Assembly (NCBI RefSeq): GCF_006345805.1 | Contig: NC_043008.1 | Coordinates: 52,824,001-52,888,000, forward strand | Direction: 5' to 3' | Length of the DNA: 64,000 bases | Source: Octopus sinensis | Lineage: Eukaryota | Shown here: positions 38,541-51,170 of the stretch, in pieces | Layout of the letters: the number at the start of each line of letters is the position of its first letter | How positions within the stretch are numbered: position 1 is the stretch's first letter | The notes under the pieces: generated by a model | The model's input: the letters and a program-made list of their open reading frames with translations, nothing else | What the model was told of the DNA's origin: nothing | The model's database searches: none | Position numbers and translations under genes: made by a program

Positions 38541-38838
38541 TATAATGATATGCTTGAAATAGAGCAATCATGTACACTCATATATTTGTAATGTCCTATT
38601 TGTTGCCCCTGAGGCAAATGAAGAAATTACTTCTTGAGCTACTACTCACAAGAGACAGAGACACGAGCATCATAAGAGCTATAGCTTTTTTTTTTTTCCC
38701 TTTTCCCTCCTGTCTCCCTTCAGCGATGACATTAGCCCCTTAATATGACTGACTAGACAAGAATGTTAATGAGCTGGTCCACTCATTAAAAGAAATTGTT
38801 ACAGGCAATTGCAGAGAGTATTCGAAGTATAAGGAACA

Positions 38839-38938
38839 NNNNNNNNNNNNNNNNNNNNNNNNNNNNNNNNNNNNNNNNNNNNNNNNNNNNNNNNNNNNNN
38901 NNNNNNNNNNNNNNNNNNNNNNNNNNNNNNNNNNNNNN
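38839..38938. other. Assembly gap (100 N)
   Basis: Exactly 100 N, a conventional unknown-size spacer. A SINE-B 5' end lies just to the right (38939-38990, minus strand). Confidence 0.98.
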
Positions 38939-39019
38939 ACTGCAAACATTTCGCCCGGCTTGCTAACACTTCTGCCAATTCGCCGCCTTAAGGTGACCAA
39001 TACCTTTGGCAATATACCG

Positions 39020-39276
39020 TGCTTGTGTAGACCTGCCAAGCCAAATGAGACAGTAGTCATGGCTGATATTGGTGTCAGGTCAATGGCACCTATGCCGATG
39101 GCACATAAAAAACATCCACTACACTCTCAGAGTGGTTGGCAGTAGGAAGGGCATCCAGCCATAGAAACCATGCCAAATCAAACTGGAACCCGTGCATCCC
39201 TCCGGCTTACCAGTTTTCAGTCAAACTATCCAACCCATGCCAGCATGGAAAACAGACATTAAATGATGATGATGAT
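39020..39276 (+). mobile_element. SINE family C, longer copy
   Basis: GGCACATAAAAAACATCCACTACACTCTCAGAGTGGTTGGC...CCAACCCATGCCAGCATGG...(GAT)n. Confidence 0.8.
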
Positions 39277-39648
39277 ATATATATTCCATTATTCTGCAAA
39301 GCAACATTATTAATATATATACATTCTGATTGAATTGACTGTGTGTTGACATGTATCTCCTTACGACAATGTAAATTTAATCAAGATACCCTTGGCTTGA
39401 AGAGTAGCCTGCAATATACAACTCACTTGGATTTTTACTACTTTGGAGGTTCTGCTCACACTGAAACATATGTAGCCCAGATATTATCTACTCCATTCCT
39501 TAACTCGTGTGTGTGTCTGTGTGTTTGTATATAAATGAAAATGTGTTTATATATATGTACACATACACATTTAAACATGTGTGCATATATGTGTGTGTGT
39601 ATGTGTGTGCATGTACACATGACCACACACTTATATAGCCAGTGTATA

Positions 39649-39680
<32 letters not shown>

Positions 39681-41114
39681 GACGTGTATGCATGTGCACA
39701 GGATTTTTTTTTTCTTTTTGTTTATTTTGGGATATTTTTCCATTTTGAAAGCAAACAGCACTTGTAGCTTTTTCCGGCACACCTAGAGTGGGAGATAAAG
39801 ATAACAATGTAAAATTGATAACAGATCTCTTGTGGGAGTTAGCAGTTGAAGAGGGGGGGGAGAGGCAGAGAAGGATTGAGAAAAATCATTGTGCTTACTA
39901 TTATTCAAGAGCACCCTTGAATAAGTTGTAGTAGTAAGCATGTAGATATTAGAGTTTATACTCTAATAATATATTTTGCTAAACCTGCAAAGTTTTGTGT
40001 TTTTAGGAGAATGATTCATTGTAATAACAATCTGGGGTATTTATATTAATAGAATTAGGGCCAGCAGCCTTTTTTTTTTGGGTTTCTGTTTCTAGGACTG
40101 ATTCCTTAAAACAATATACCATTATTCTGCAAAGCAACATCATTAATATAAGTGTAGATGATATTGTTTTTGCAGATCCTGCAATCTTCTAGGATCTATT
40201 ATCTTAAAATGTCCAGTGGCAAAGTGATAAGGAAGAGATGGCAGTAATAAGTGAAACGCAGGAGAATTTAATTTCTAATCTCTATGTATCATTAACAAAA
40301 GCAGTAAGTTGAACTGTTTTGAATTGCAGATAATCTCCATTATATCATTCCCAAATACTTTTAGAAAGAGACAATGTATAGTTGGGAAAAGAAAGACCAG
40401 TAACATGCAGAATGTCTTTTGATCAAAGCTCAACCAGAACTGATCTGCAGTCAAAAGCAATCACACCTGACCTTCATAGTTTTGTACTTCACAAACCTCA
40501 TTTGTACACTCCACTACCATAAGAAACTCCGAGGGAGCCTTTACATAGCTCTAGCTTTCTGGTATTAAATGAATGATTGAGGTCTTGACTGCCCCAACCT
40601 AAGTAAGACGATGATTAAGAAAACTAATACCAATATACAACTGGTTCTTATATTAATGAGATAACAGACATCAACCACTAATGAGATTTCAATCACCCTA
40701 ACATCAATATTTTAACATCAACTTTTCTATGTTCACACAGGTCAGATTGAATTTGTAAAAGATTTTCTATGACTGGACACCCTTCTTGTCATCAACATTC
40801 ACAAGCTAATATTTCACTTTGGCCATGTTTTCATTGGAAATGATGGTCACTGCTTGTACAACAGGAAAACTTGTTTACAACTGCCATGCAATGTCAAGAC
40901 AAGAAGACACGAAAACACACACACACAACAAGTACAAGCTTCTTCCACTTTCTGTCTGCCAATGTAACCATTAGGGCTAGGGTTGGAGATACTCACCCTA
41001 GGTGTCACACAATGGAACTGAACCCAAAACCATACGGTTGGGAAGTAAAATTCTTACCTACACAGCCACACCTTATAACAGCACATCCTATGCAAATAGA
41101 TACAATAAGAACAA

Positions 41115-41478
41115 GAGCACTCAGAGAGCACAAACCACTGCCAAGGCAGCGCCAACGTCCTCTAAACGATTAGCCAGAGATGATTTTTAAAATGAGAATA
41201 TCTGAAATAAACTCAACTGCTCTCACAAATGAAAATACTAAAAATGAACCCGACCTCTCTCAAAAATTAAGTAAAAAACCAGAAAAATAATCCAGAAACC
41301 TTGTCCGGTACTGGATCAATCCCAAAATCAAATCAGTTTGTGCCAGTCAAGAGGCCAAATATCCCTGAAAGTTTCATCCGAATCCATCCAGCGGTTCTTG
41401 AGATATCTTGTCCACAGACAAACAAACAAACAAACACAACTGAAAACAATACCGCCACCTTCATTAAAGCAGAGGTAA
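41115..41478 (-). mobile_element. HINE/Helentron-like non-autonomous element
   Basis: 5' ATTACCTCTGCTTT...AAGGTGGCGGTA subterminal motif, (TTTG)n, and a 3' GCTCTCTGAGTGC hairpin. Colinear with 52961-53303. Confidence 0.7.
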
Positions 41479-42709
41479 TTAATAAGAGAAAATAGATAAA
41501 TAAAATGAAACAGTTGGCAGAATTGCTAGAGTGTCAGGCAAAATGAAGTGTAATATTTCTTCCAACATCTTTACATTCTGAGTTCCAATCCTGCCAAAGT
41601 CAATGTGACCTTTCAGCGTTCTGCTGTCTATAAAATAAAGTACAATTACTAGGGTCAATATAATCCACTAACCCTCCTCAATATTTGTGATCTTGAGACT
41701 ATGTTAGAAATCACTACTACTACTACTACTACTACAGTGATGTCATGCAGTACTAAGTTTTTTGTAAACAGGGTGAACAGTTCTTCAATGTGGATTAGAA
41801 TCTCTGAGCCATTTCCTTTTTTTTATCCCAATTGCCTCTCACTTCAGTAAAAGCAAAACCTCTCATTTCCTGTGCAGTATATCTACAGAGTTTCACTTAA
41901 GTAAATAGAACAAATCATAGTTAATTATCATTGTTTTCATTTCATTACAGCTAAATTCCTTTTTTTTTTTTCTTTTTCTTTCATAGAATTTTATTATCAC
42001 TTTTACCATTTGCTGCAAAGTGCTGGAATGCTTCACCGTTCACTCTAAAAAGAATTAAGCACTTGAGAGATATCTTTCTATATGAATGTGCTACCAAATT
42101 ATTGCAAAGTTCAGCCCATGAGGAAGATCTTGGTTCAACACTGATTTTTTTTTTTTTTTTTTTTTTTAGCTTAGTCAAAAGAGAAGTGCAATGTCTCTGA
42201 CTGTTTACAGGCCCCCAAGACTGGTGAAAGGGAAAGCAGGAGGTATCCTCAAATATTCTCAAACTATCAGCCTGGCCTGAATGTTTACAATAGAGTGAAC
42301 TCCCTAAAGATACTCAAGGACTTCCTAAAAGTACTCCAAGCAACCCATGATGAAATTGAACTCAGAATGCAAAAAGCTGGGAAAATACTGCATGGCATCC
42401 AGTTTGATGTCTAACAATTCTGAAAATGCACCGTCTTTGACTGGTATTTCTGATATGGCATGATGAAATACATCTTAGTTGCAGAGGAAGAAGAAAGCAT
42501 TTTCAGTGATAAGCGATTTATTCAGTAGAGTGGTGAATGTATTTGATGTGTTGTGTGGTTGGTGCTATGTGTTTCAGAGTCAGATGGTTATTATGCATAG
42601 TATACAGAGTGTAGTACTGGGACTCACACTTAATTGGAAAGACTTTCATTGTAGTGTCATAAGCATACAGCAGGTGTACAATACATAACGACAACAAAGG
42701 TGATGAACT

Positions 42710-43160
42710 GACAATCATTATCATGTCAGATAAAATGTTTAGTGACATTTTCCCCATCTTTGTGTTCTGAGTCCAAATGCCATCAAGGCTGACTTTGCCT
42801 TTCATCCTTTTGGGCTGATGAAATAAGTACCAGTTGAGCACTGGGATTGATGTAAAAAAAAAAAAATCAGGCTTTGTGCCCATAGTAGAAAGAATTATTA
42901 TTATTATTATTATTATTATTTGGCAAGCTGGCAGAACCATTAGGACACCGGACAAAATGTTAAAGTGGTAAGTCGTCTGTCTTTGTGTTCCAAGTTCAAA
43001 TTCTGTTGAAGCCAAGTTTGCCTTTCATACTTTTGAGGTCGATAAAATAAGTACCAGTAGAGTACTGGGGTTGATGTAATCAGCTAGCTCCTTCCCCCAA
43101 AATTTCAGGCCCCGTACCTATAGCAGAAAGGGTTATTATTACTACTACTACTCCTACTAC
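42710..43160. mobile_element. Cluster of old SINE-B subfamily copies with (ATT)n tails
   Basis: GACTTTGCCTTTCATCC...GATAAAATAAGTACCAG motif at about 42790 and 43015. Confidence 0.75.
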
Positions 43161-43849
43161 TACTACTACTAACATAGGCACAAAGCCAAAAATTTGGTAA
43201 GGAAAGACAGTTATGTTGGCCCCAATATTTGACTGGTGATAATTTTCAAGACTTGGTAAGGAGGAAAGGGTATGCTAACCTTGATGGGATTTGAACAGCA
43301 AAGAGGCATAACTAAAATACAACATGACATTTTGTCGTGCAACACTATCGATCCTGCCGACAACCACCACCACCCCTCATAATAACAATTACAGCATATC
43401 ACAATGTCACTAGAAACCAATAAGATTTAAAATAAAATAACAAAAGCAAAAAAAAAAATAATAAATAAATGATGTTAGCGTTTTATCGCTTTTCTTTCTT
43501 TCGTTCTTTCTATCTTTCTAGCAAAGGTATTTGAGTAAATTCCTTAAATCATTAAACCAGATTTCCTTTCCAACAGCAACAAATAGCAATAAGATGCTAG
43601 TGATGATGATGATGACGATGATGATGATGATGGTGTATTGTCATTGTTATTGATATTGTTATTACTGCTGTTTTGTTAATGTCGCAGTGAAATGATCTCA
43701 TCAAAAGATGACTTTAAGAGGGCTGCTGCTGCTGATGTTCATATTGTTGATGTTGTTGTTGTTTTAGCTTCAGTTCTTGTCTAAGTCTATAGAAACATTT
43801 ACCACAGACTGCTTAATTTGTCTAGTAAAATGTAAAAACAAGAAAGAAT

Positions 43850-44960
43850 GTGAAAGACAATGGAGAGTGGTGGGGAGAGATGTAGGAAGCAAGTAGAAAT
43901 GGTAAGAATGAATGAAGGAGAGAAAGTGAAGGAGGGAAAACAATAACAGAAGAAAAGCTGGAAAGTGACTGAGGATGAAGAACTGAGATTGAGAGGGAGA
44001 GAAGAGAGAGTAGTGGGAGGATGTAGAATGAAGAGAGAGAGTGAGTGAGAGAGGAAGAGTAGAGAGTGAAGCGAAAGAGTAAAGAGTGTGTAGAAAGGAA
44101 AAGAATGTAAAGAGAGAAAGTGTGAAAAGAGAGAAAGAAAGCACGGCAGAAGACAAGAGAGAAAGCGTGGAAAAAGACGAGAGAGAGAGCATGATAAAAG
44201 ATGAAAGAGAGAGAGAGAGAGCGTGGAAAAAGACGGGATAGAAAGCGTGGAAAAAAAACGGGAGAGAAAGTGTGGAAAAAAAAACAAGAGAGAAAGTGTG
44301 GAAAAAGATGAGAAAAAGCGTGGAAAAAGACGAGAGAGAGAAAGTGTGGAAAAAGACGAGAGAGAGAAAGTGTGGAAAAAGATGAGAGAAAAAGCGTGAA
44401 AAAGACGAGAGAGAGAGATCATGATAAAAGACGAGAGAGTATGGAAAAAGATGAGAGAGAAAGCGTGGAAGAAGATGAGAGAAAGAGAAAGCTTGAAAAG
44501 AGAGAGAAAGCCTGAAAGAGAGAGAGAAAGCATCAAAAGAGAGAGTACGAAAGAGAAAAAGAGCATGGAAAGAGAAAGAAAAAGTGGAAAGAGAGATTGA
44601 AGACAGGTGAAGAGAGAAAGCTTGAGAGAGTGAAAAGAAAGCATGGAAAAAGAGAAAAAAGATAGAAGCAGTAGAGAAGAAGAAAGCGAGAGAGAAAAGA
44701 GAGAGAGAGAGAGAGAGATAAAGAAATTGACAGGGTGAAGAAGACGTGGAGAAAGACAGAGAGAGAGAGAGAGGGGAAAAAGCAACAGACAGAAAAAGAC
44801 AGAGAGAAAGAGGTGGGGGTAATATAGAGATAGAATAATCAAAACTGGGGGGGGGGTAGAAAAAGGAGAAAGCAAAGAGAGAAATAGAAAGATATAGTTT
44901 GGTGCTAGAGGGGATAGAAGTGAGAGCGATAGAAAGGTTGAAGAGGAATAATGAGGAATA
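43850..44960. repeat. About 1.1 kb purine-rich tract with a roughly 24-27 bp minisatellite (GAGAGAAAGCGTGGAAAAAGAC-type) at 44140-44480
   Basis: Direct reading. Confidence 0.92.
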
Positions 44961-45402
44961 AAAATAGATAATGATGTAGCAGGTAATCCAATTCCACAAG
45001 AATTCCATTCTTCTTACAGTGATTTCGTTTGTTACTTGGGTTGTTATTGCTACTGTTGTAGTTTTGTTTTTGCGTTGTTGTTTTTTTCTTCTTTTTTTCT
45101 ATTTCTTTCCTTTCCATTTCCATCATTCTTTAATTTTTGTTTAGATTTGTTTATCTGCGATGGTATTTATATATATATATTTTATTTGTATTACATTTTT
45201 TATTTGGTTTTGGAAGGAAGAAGGGTGGGGAGCAGGTCGGGTGTAGGTGGGAGTTGGGTGGGGGGCAACAAAGTTGGTTGTATGTATTGTTTGAAAGTGG
45301 ATATCAGCTTCAGAGATAACATAGGAAAGATAGATAGATAGATGTAGTTATAATCACTGTTGTATGGTATGGTGTATCATACAGTATATAGTATCATAGA
45401 GT

Positions 45403-45503
45403 ATGGTATGATATAGCACAGTATTATATCATATGGTATGATATAGCACAGTATTATATCATATGGTATGATATAGCACAGTATTATATCATATGGTATG
45501 ATA
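45403..45503. repeat. 30-bp minisatellite, about 3.4 units, each with an internal palindrome
   Basis: Unit GTATTATATCATATGGTATGATATAGCACA, identical at 45421-45450 and 45451-45480. Confidence 0.95.
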
Positions 45504-45648
45504 CAGCTTCACTGTAATCATTGTATCACTTAAATATAACTATTACTGTTGTTATAATATGGTTACAGATTCTAAGAGGTTTTGCTGTGGTTAGCATATT
45601 GTAGCAGCAGCAGTAGTAGTAGTAGTAGTAGTAGCAGCAGTGGTGGTG

Positions 45649-45689
<41 letters not shown>

Positions 45690-46398
45690 GGTGGTGGTGC
45701 AGCAAGTTGTTGTTGAGTAGCTAGCTCCTAAACAGCCCTGAATAAGCAAACAAAATGATCAAAAGTGTTCCAGACTTGACCAACCAGACTTTTTATCAAA
45801 TATATATAGTGCATGTATACATGTAATACATAGACTATTGTTACGGTAGAAGTAAAGACGGTGAGGAGAGTAGTAATAGTAGCAAAAAAAAAAAAAAAAA
45901 AACTGGTATTGCATTTTGCAGTTAAGTAACAGCTCTTGTTGTACGGTATGGCAGCATGGTCTGGTATGCTATGCACAGCTATGTAACGTCTTCTGTTGCT
46001 CTACTGCAATGGTTTGTTCTCTTATTTAAACTCTGCAGTATTATCAACTGTTAGTATTATTTGTACAGTAGCGTTGCAATTGCGGAAATATTGCTGTTGT
46101 TGCATAGCCCCAGGTTAGCTTTGATCAAGAGGAAATGTCATTGCTTTATTGTACGGTTGGTTGGGTTATACTATATACATGTATCCATCATCATTATCAT
46201 TTTACACTCACTTTTCTACATTGCCATGAGTTGGACAAGTGCTTTTTTAGACACTATGACCAGATGTCCATCCTGCTACCAACCTATTTCTTTATTGCCC
46301 ACAAGGGGCTAAACATAGAGGGGACAAACAAGGACAGACGTAGGTATTAAGTGATTGAGAGTGCAACATCCTAACCACAAGGCCATGTGTCTTCACAA

Positions 46399-46446
<48 letters not shown>

Positions 46447-46695
46447 ATCATCATCATCATATAACGTCCATTTTCCATGCTAGCATGGGTTGGACGGTTC
46501 AACCAGGGTCTGGGAAGCCAGGGGGCTGCACCAGGCTCCAGTCTGATCTGGCAGTGTTTCTACAGCTGGATGCCCTTCCTAACGCCAACCACTCCGTGAG
46601 TGTAGTGGGTGGTTTTTACGTGCCACCGGCACAGGTGCCAGGGGAGGCTGGCAGCAGTCACGATTGGTTGGTGCTTTTTACGTGCCACCGGCACA
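46447..46695 (-). mobile_element. SINE family C
   Basis: (ATC)n tail and CCATGCTAGCATGGGTTGGACGG; internal GTGCCACCGGCACA duplication. Confidence 0.88.
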
Positions 46696-47589
46696 GAAGT
46701 CAATATTTGTTCACATATTAAAATGATGACTCTTACAAGACTAGTTAGGTGTAGTCTTCTTTTTGGAATCCACTCAGAAAATTTTAAAAAGTGGTAACTA
46801 TGATTATTCTTGTAAGAAGCAATATTTAAATAGACCTTTCCAATATCTAGCTTATTTATTGTGTACTTTATCTTAAATTGTTCTCCCAGTTATTCATGAC
46901 TTTTGGGTTGTTTTTTTTTTTATGTAAATGGGAATGTACATCAAACACACAGAGGAGAGGGGAGAGAAAGAGAGAGAGAGACAAAAGATGAATAAGCACT
47001 TATATATGACATGATAGACAGACACATACATGGACAGATACAGTATGACAAAGTAGTTAAAATGTATTTTGCAAACATGAGGTCAAATGTTCAATCCTGT
47101 TATTTGGCATCTTAGCCAAATGTTATTTTCTATTGCCTTGGGGCAACCCAAAACCCTGTGAGCAAAATTGGGTAGACGGAAACAGTTTAGAATCCCGTCA
47201 GATGAATTATGCCAGTAATCCAAAAGGTCCAGTCTTCATATGCATATCAAATTGATTGCACCGAAGAATTGTTATAACTACACATGTCTGTGGAATACTC
47301 AGCCACTTACTAATTCAACGAGCTTGGAAATTCAATTAATAAAAGAAACTACAAACTCACAGCTGAAAACCGAGACCGATATCCATCTACACATACTGTT
47401 GTGTATATAGATGTAATACAGTAGGGTTATGCTAGTATTAATATAACAGTATTAGAATTATGTAAGAGATACCAGTGGTGCATCATGGTAAGGTTATTAT
47501 GCTACCACTGCTTACTATCACATGATTGACCAGACGATCACTTTGGACGATGTGCTTTGGACCATTTCAGCTTTTGAATGATGCCACAT

Positions 47590-47795
47590 TGTTAGTTAGG
47601 AAAGCAGGCCAATGTTCCCCCTGCTCAGAAGACTAGTCCATCACAGGGTTCATCCATTTACAGCTGAGTAGACTGTAACAACATGAAATGAACTGTTTTG
47701 CTCAAGAACACAATGCACAGCCAGCCTGGAAATCGAAACCACAATCCAACATTCATGAGTGCAACATACCTAACCTCTAGGCCACACACCTGAAC
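47590..47795 (-). mobile_element. SINE family D, diverged
   Basis: Colinear with 48482-48747. Confidence 0.75.
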
Positions 47796-48481
47796 TGCTG
47801 TATATACTGTTGTAAAACTCTAGGAGCAGTAGTGTGTTAAGTACTGCTGTGTTACTGGTTTTTAAAGCAAACAACAAACATTGTATTACTGTCAAGCCAT
47901 TGAAGAACACCTCTTCACGATTGCTCAAACTATTAGAAATAGCAGCCAAGTTTCCCTAAAGATTACAACCTGCTGTCTTAAAAAAAAAAAAAAAAAAAAA
48001 AAACGGGATGCAAAGTACACATTATAATATAATTGTGTGTGATAAAAAAAAATGCAAAAACACAGGCTGATCAGGGCTGGAATGCCTTTAATACAGTTGC
48101 TTGATCAACCATAAGGACTAAATAAATAATTTAGTAGTGTCATGCTAATGAGGAAATCTATACATGGTCACTTTGACCAGCTAGAATCAGCTGTAAAATC
48201 TCTCTCTCTCTCTTGCTCACATGTCTGCACAACTTGCAGCCTGGGGTTAAAAAAAACACAACTTATTTACATCATAGTGTTGTAGTAGTATCACAGTATG
48301 AAAGTAGACAATGCTACAGTTGAGACAGCTCTACAGTACAAATATAGTGACATACTAGTATTACACTATAGTAGTTCTATTGGACTGGACCAATGTTGCA
48401 CTTGACTGGTGTTGCCGTGCCAAACTACTACAGGTTTATCACCAACTTTCTGAACACTGATGGTCTGGAACCTTTTATAAT

Positions 48482-48747
48482 AATAATAATAATAATAAAT
48501 GCACCCTTTTAAAGCTTAGCCAGGCTCATGGACCCTGTTTTCTAGTTTCAATGGCGTATGTGTTCCCCAGCCAGACGGGACGCCAGTCCATCACAGCATT
48601 ACTCATTTTTGCCAGCTGAGTGGACCGGAGCAATGTGAAATGAAGTGTTTTGCTCAAGAACACAACGCGTCACCCGGTCCAGGGATCGAAACCACAATCT
48701 TACGATCATGATGCTGACACCCTAACCACTAAACCACGCATCTCCAC
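48482..48747 (-). mobile_element. SINE family D, full-length with a 14-bp TSD
   Basis: tRNA-like head (GTTTAGTGGTTAGG ... GGTTTCGATCCC) and (ATT)n tail. TSD GAACCTTTTATAAT at 48468-48481 and 48748-48761. Confidence 0.9.
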
Positions 48748-49727
48748 GAACCTTTTATAATCTGCTCTAATTTACAAACAGGAACTTCAAATTCTTGTGG
48801 CCACCAGACTAGTTTACTAGTACCATGCACAGTATGGTGTTAATAAATTTGTATTATTTATACTAATGAAGGTGGTGGGTGAGCTGACTGAATCAGCAGC
48901 ATGCTGGGCAAAATGTTTGGTGGCATTTTGCCCATCTTTATGTTCTGAGTTCAATTTCTGCCAAGGTTGACTTTGCCTTTCATCCTTTCAGAATCAATAA
49001 ACTAAGTACCAATTAAGCACTTGTGTCGTAATTGACTTAACCCTTCCCCCAAAATTTTAAATTGTTGTTTATACTAATGTACAGAAACCTAGATTTCATT
49101 TAATATTCATTTAATTTAAATGTGTTGACCAAGGTAACCACACCTTGTTTGGAAAAAATTCAATAAACCAGAAAAGCTTTAGAACCAAAGATTCTAAAAA
49201 AAAAAAAATGATGTTAGACTGGAGTAGTGTTACTGCTCTAGGCTGGAGTCACTATATCAAACAAATGTTGTTGACTGAAGAAAGGTTATTGTAGTGCTCT
49301 AGTATCACTATCAGATTAGTACTATGGGACTGCAGAAGTGTTGCTGTACTGCACTAGTGTCCCGAGTCAAACTAGTACAGTGGTGACATATGTAGCACAA
49401 CACTTAATAATAATAATAGTAACCCTGTATCAGACTAGTGCAGTGATAAGCTGGTCATAACGCATAATAATATTATGCTTACTAATACTGAACTAATGTC
49501 ACATAGTGGATTTGTATCATGGCATTGTAGCAATGCTGCAGTTATGCAACAGTGCTGCAATAATGGCTATAATTCTTCAGTTATAATAGAACAGCATTGC
49601 AGTAACTGAAGCAATGCCGTAACACTAAGTACTGTAGTAATAGAGTAGTGGTGTTGCAATAGTCAGACAGTGAAGCAGGCTATTCCTCGAGTGACGATTA
49701 TCAAGTATATTTTGCAATATAGTGAAT

Positions 49728-49874
49728 TCATCATCATCATCATCATCATTTAGCGTCCGTTTTCCATGCTAGCATGGGTTGGACGGTTCTACTGGGGTCT
49801 GAAGCCAGAAGGCTTCATCAGGCCCAGTCAAATCTGGCAGTGTTTCTACGGCTGGATGCCCTTCCTAACGCCAA
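49728..49874 (-). mobile_element. SINE family C, 3' part, abutting a 13-bp tandem repeat (AGTAAAGTGAATT, about 49876-49925)
   Basis: Direct reading. Confidence 0.85.
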
Positions 49875-50859
49875 ATAGTAAAGTGTAATTAGTAAAGTGA
49901 ATTAGTAAAGTGAATTAGTAAAGTGATGGGGTAAAATTAGATCGGTACACTAAATTTGTTTTAGCTTTATTTTTTAAAAAATCATCATCATAATCATCGC
50001 CATTTAATGTCCACTGTTCCATGTTTGCATGGGTCAGACAGAATGTGCTGAAGCAGATTTTTTCTATGGCAGGATGCCCTTCCTGTTGCTAACCGTCACC
50101 TATTCCCAAGCAAAGTAATATTTCCCCATGGGAACACACGTTTTTCACAGAAGATGAGAAATAAACATTGCTTGTATAACAATGATGGTCATTTACAACA
50201 ATCATGGGATGTCAAGACAGGGGCACATACATACATACATACACACACACATACACTGCATGTGAATGTGTTTTACTTTCCATCTACAAAATCCATTCAC
50301 AGCACTTTGATTGATCAGGGCTAAAATAGAAGACATACCCAAGGTGCTACACAGTAGGATGGAAGAATCCTAAGCTTCATAACCACACAGACATACCTGT
50401 ACCACCATCATTTCTATTCTCACATCTACTTAAATAAACTTTCATGCTGGTAAATTTTAATTTCTACTCTGGAAACTAGTAAAATATTTGCCATTTATAT
50501 TGCACTGACCTGCACTACATCATGTACCTATTTAGATTATGGTAGACAAAGCTGCTTGTTTGCTATGTAACTATGCATTCAAGTATAGTTATGTTCCAGT
50601 GACAACATAACTATAAATCATTCAGCCAATAGGTTGATATTTTGAGGTGCTGAGACAAACACAAAAGATTTTAAAAAAGCAAAAGAAAAAGAAAGAAAGA
50701 TTCAAGCCACAGTATAGTGGTTTCAGGTTGTGTGCTAGTCACTACGATAGGGCATGTTGACCCTACTTAACACAAATCTCAGGCTCAGTTGACTCCAGCT
50801 GATAATATCTGATGTGGGTCCCTGTCCAGTGTTGCAGAGTCCCAGTTATGGATAAATAG

Positions 50860-51170
50860 CTTCACTGCTTTGTGAGGCAGAGACCAGGGAATAAAGCTTA
50901 AAATAAATCTGGAATGGAGTCCCTTAGGTAGTCTGATGGTCTTTTGGTAACTCCTGTATCCAAACTAGTGTCAAATGTACTGTTCTACACTTTGTGGACT
51001 ACACCAGCAAGGTCAAGCAAAGGGAGTGGTCCCAGTATTTGAGCCACCCAGAATCTATGTATACCCTACCCAGGTTTGCACTCAAGACATATTACTTCAG
51101 TGCCGTTTTGAAAAGCAGCAGCAACAGCACAGAAAGGTCCCTACAGAGTTGGCATGCAGCCAAACCCTAA
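50860..51170 (-). mobile_element. Possible RTE 5'-UTR-like relic
   Basis: Reverse complement contains GACTACCTAAGGGACTCCATTCCAGATTT, which resembles RTE/BovB-type 5' regions from memory only. Confidence 0.35.

Noticed and set aside
37947-38577. His-rich repeat protein-like ORFs
   Set aside because: They come from the 16-bp minisatellite, whose unit length is not a multiple of 3.
40217-40303. Open frame ending at a GTAAGT donor (..MAVISETQENLISNLYVSLTKA)
   Set aside because: The good upstream acceptors put stops in frame, and the peptide is unrecognisable.
41987-42210. Strong polypyrimidine acceptor followed by about 70 open codons
   Set aside because: There is no donor, the frame runs through a poly-T tract, and no motif is recognisable.
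43522-43526. 5-nt microexon candidate (TAG|CAAAG|GTATTT)
   Set aside because: It is frame-shifting, has a weak donor, and cannot be supported without RNA data.
43770-45008. ORFs of 358 and 412 aa, apparently hydrophobic
   Set aside because: They are the reverse strand of the purine-rich minisatellite, an F/S/L artefact.
45403-45503. CRISPR-like palindromic repeats
   Set aside because: The linkers are identical, there are no spacers or cas genes, and the context is eukaryotic.
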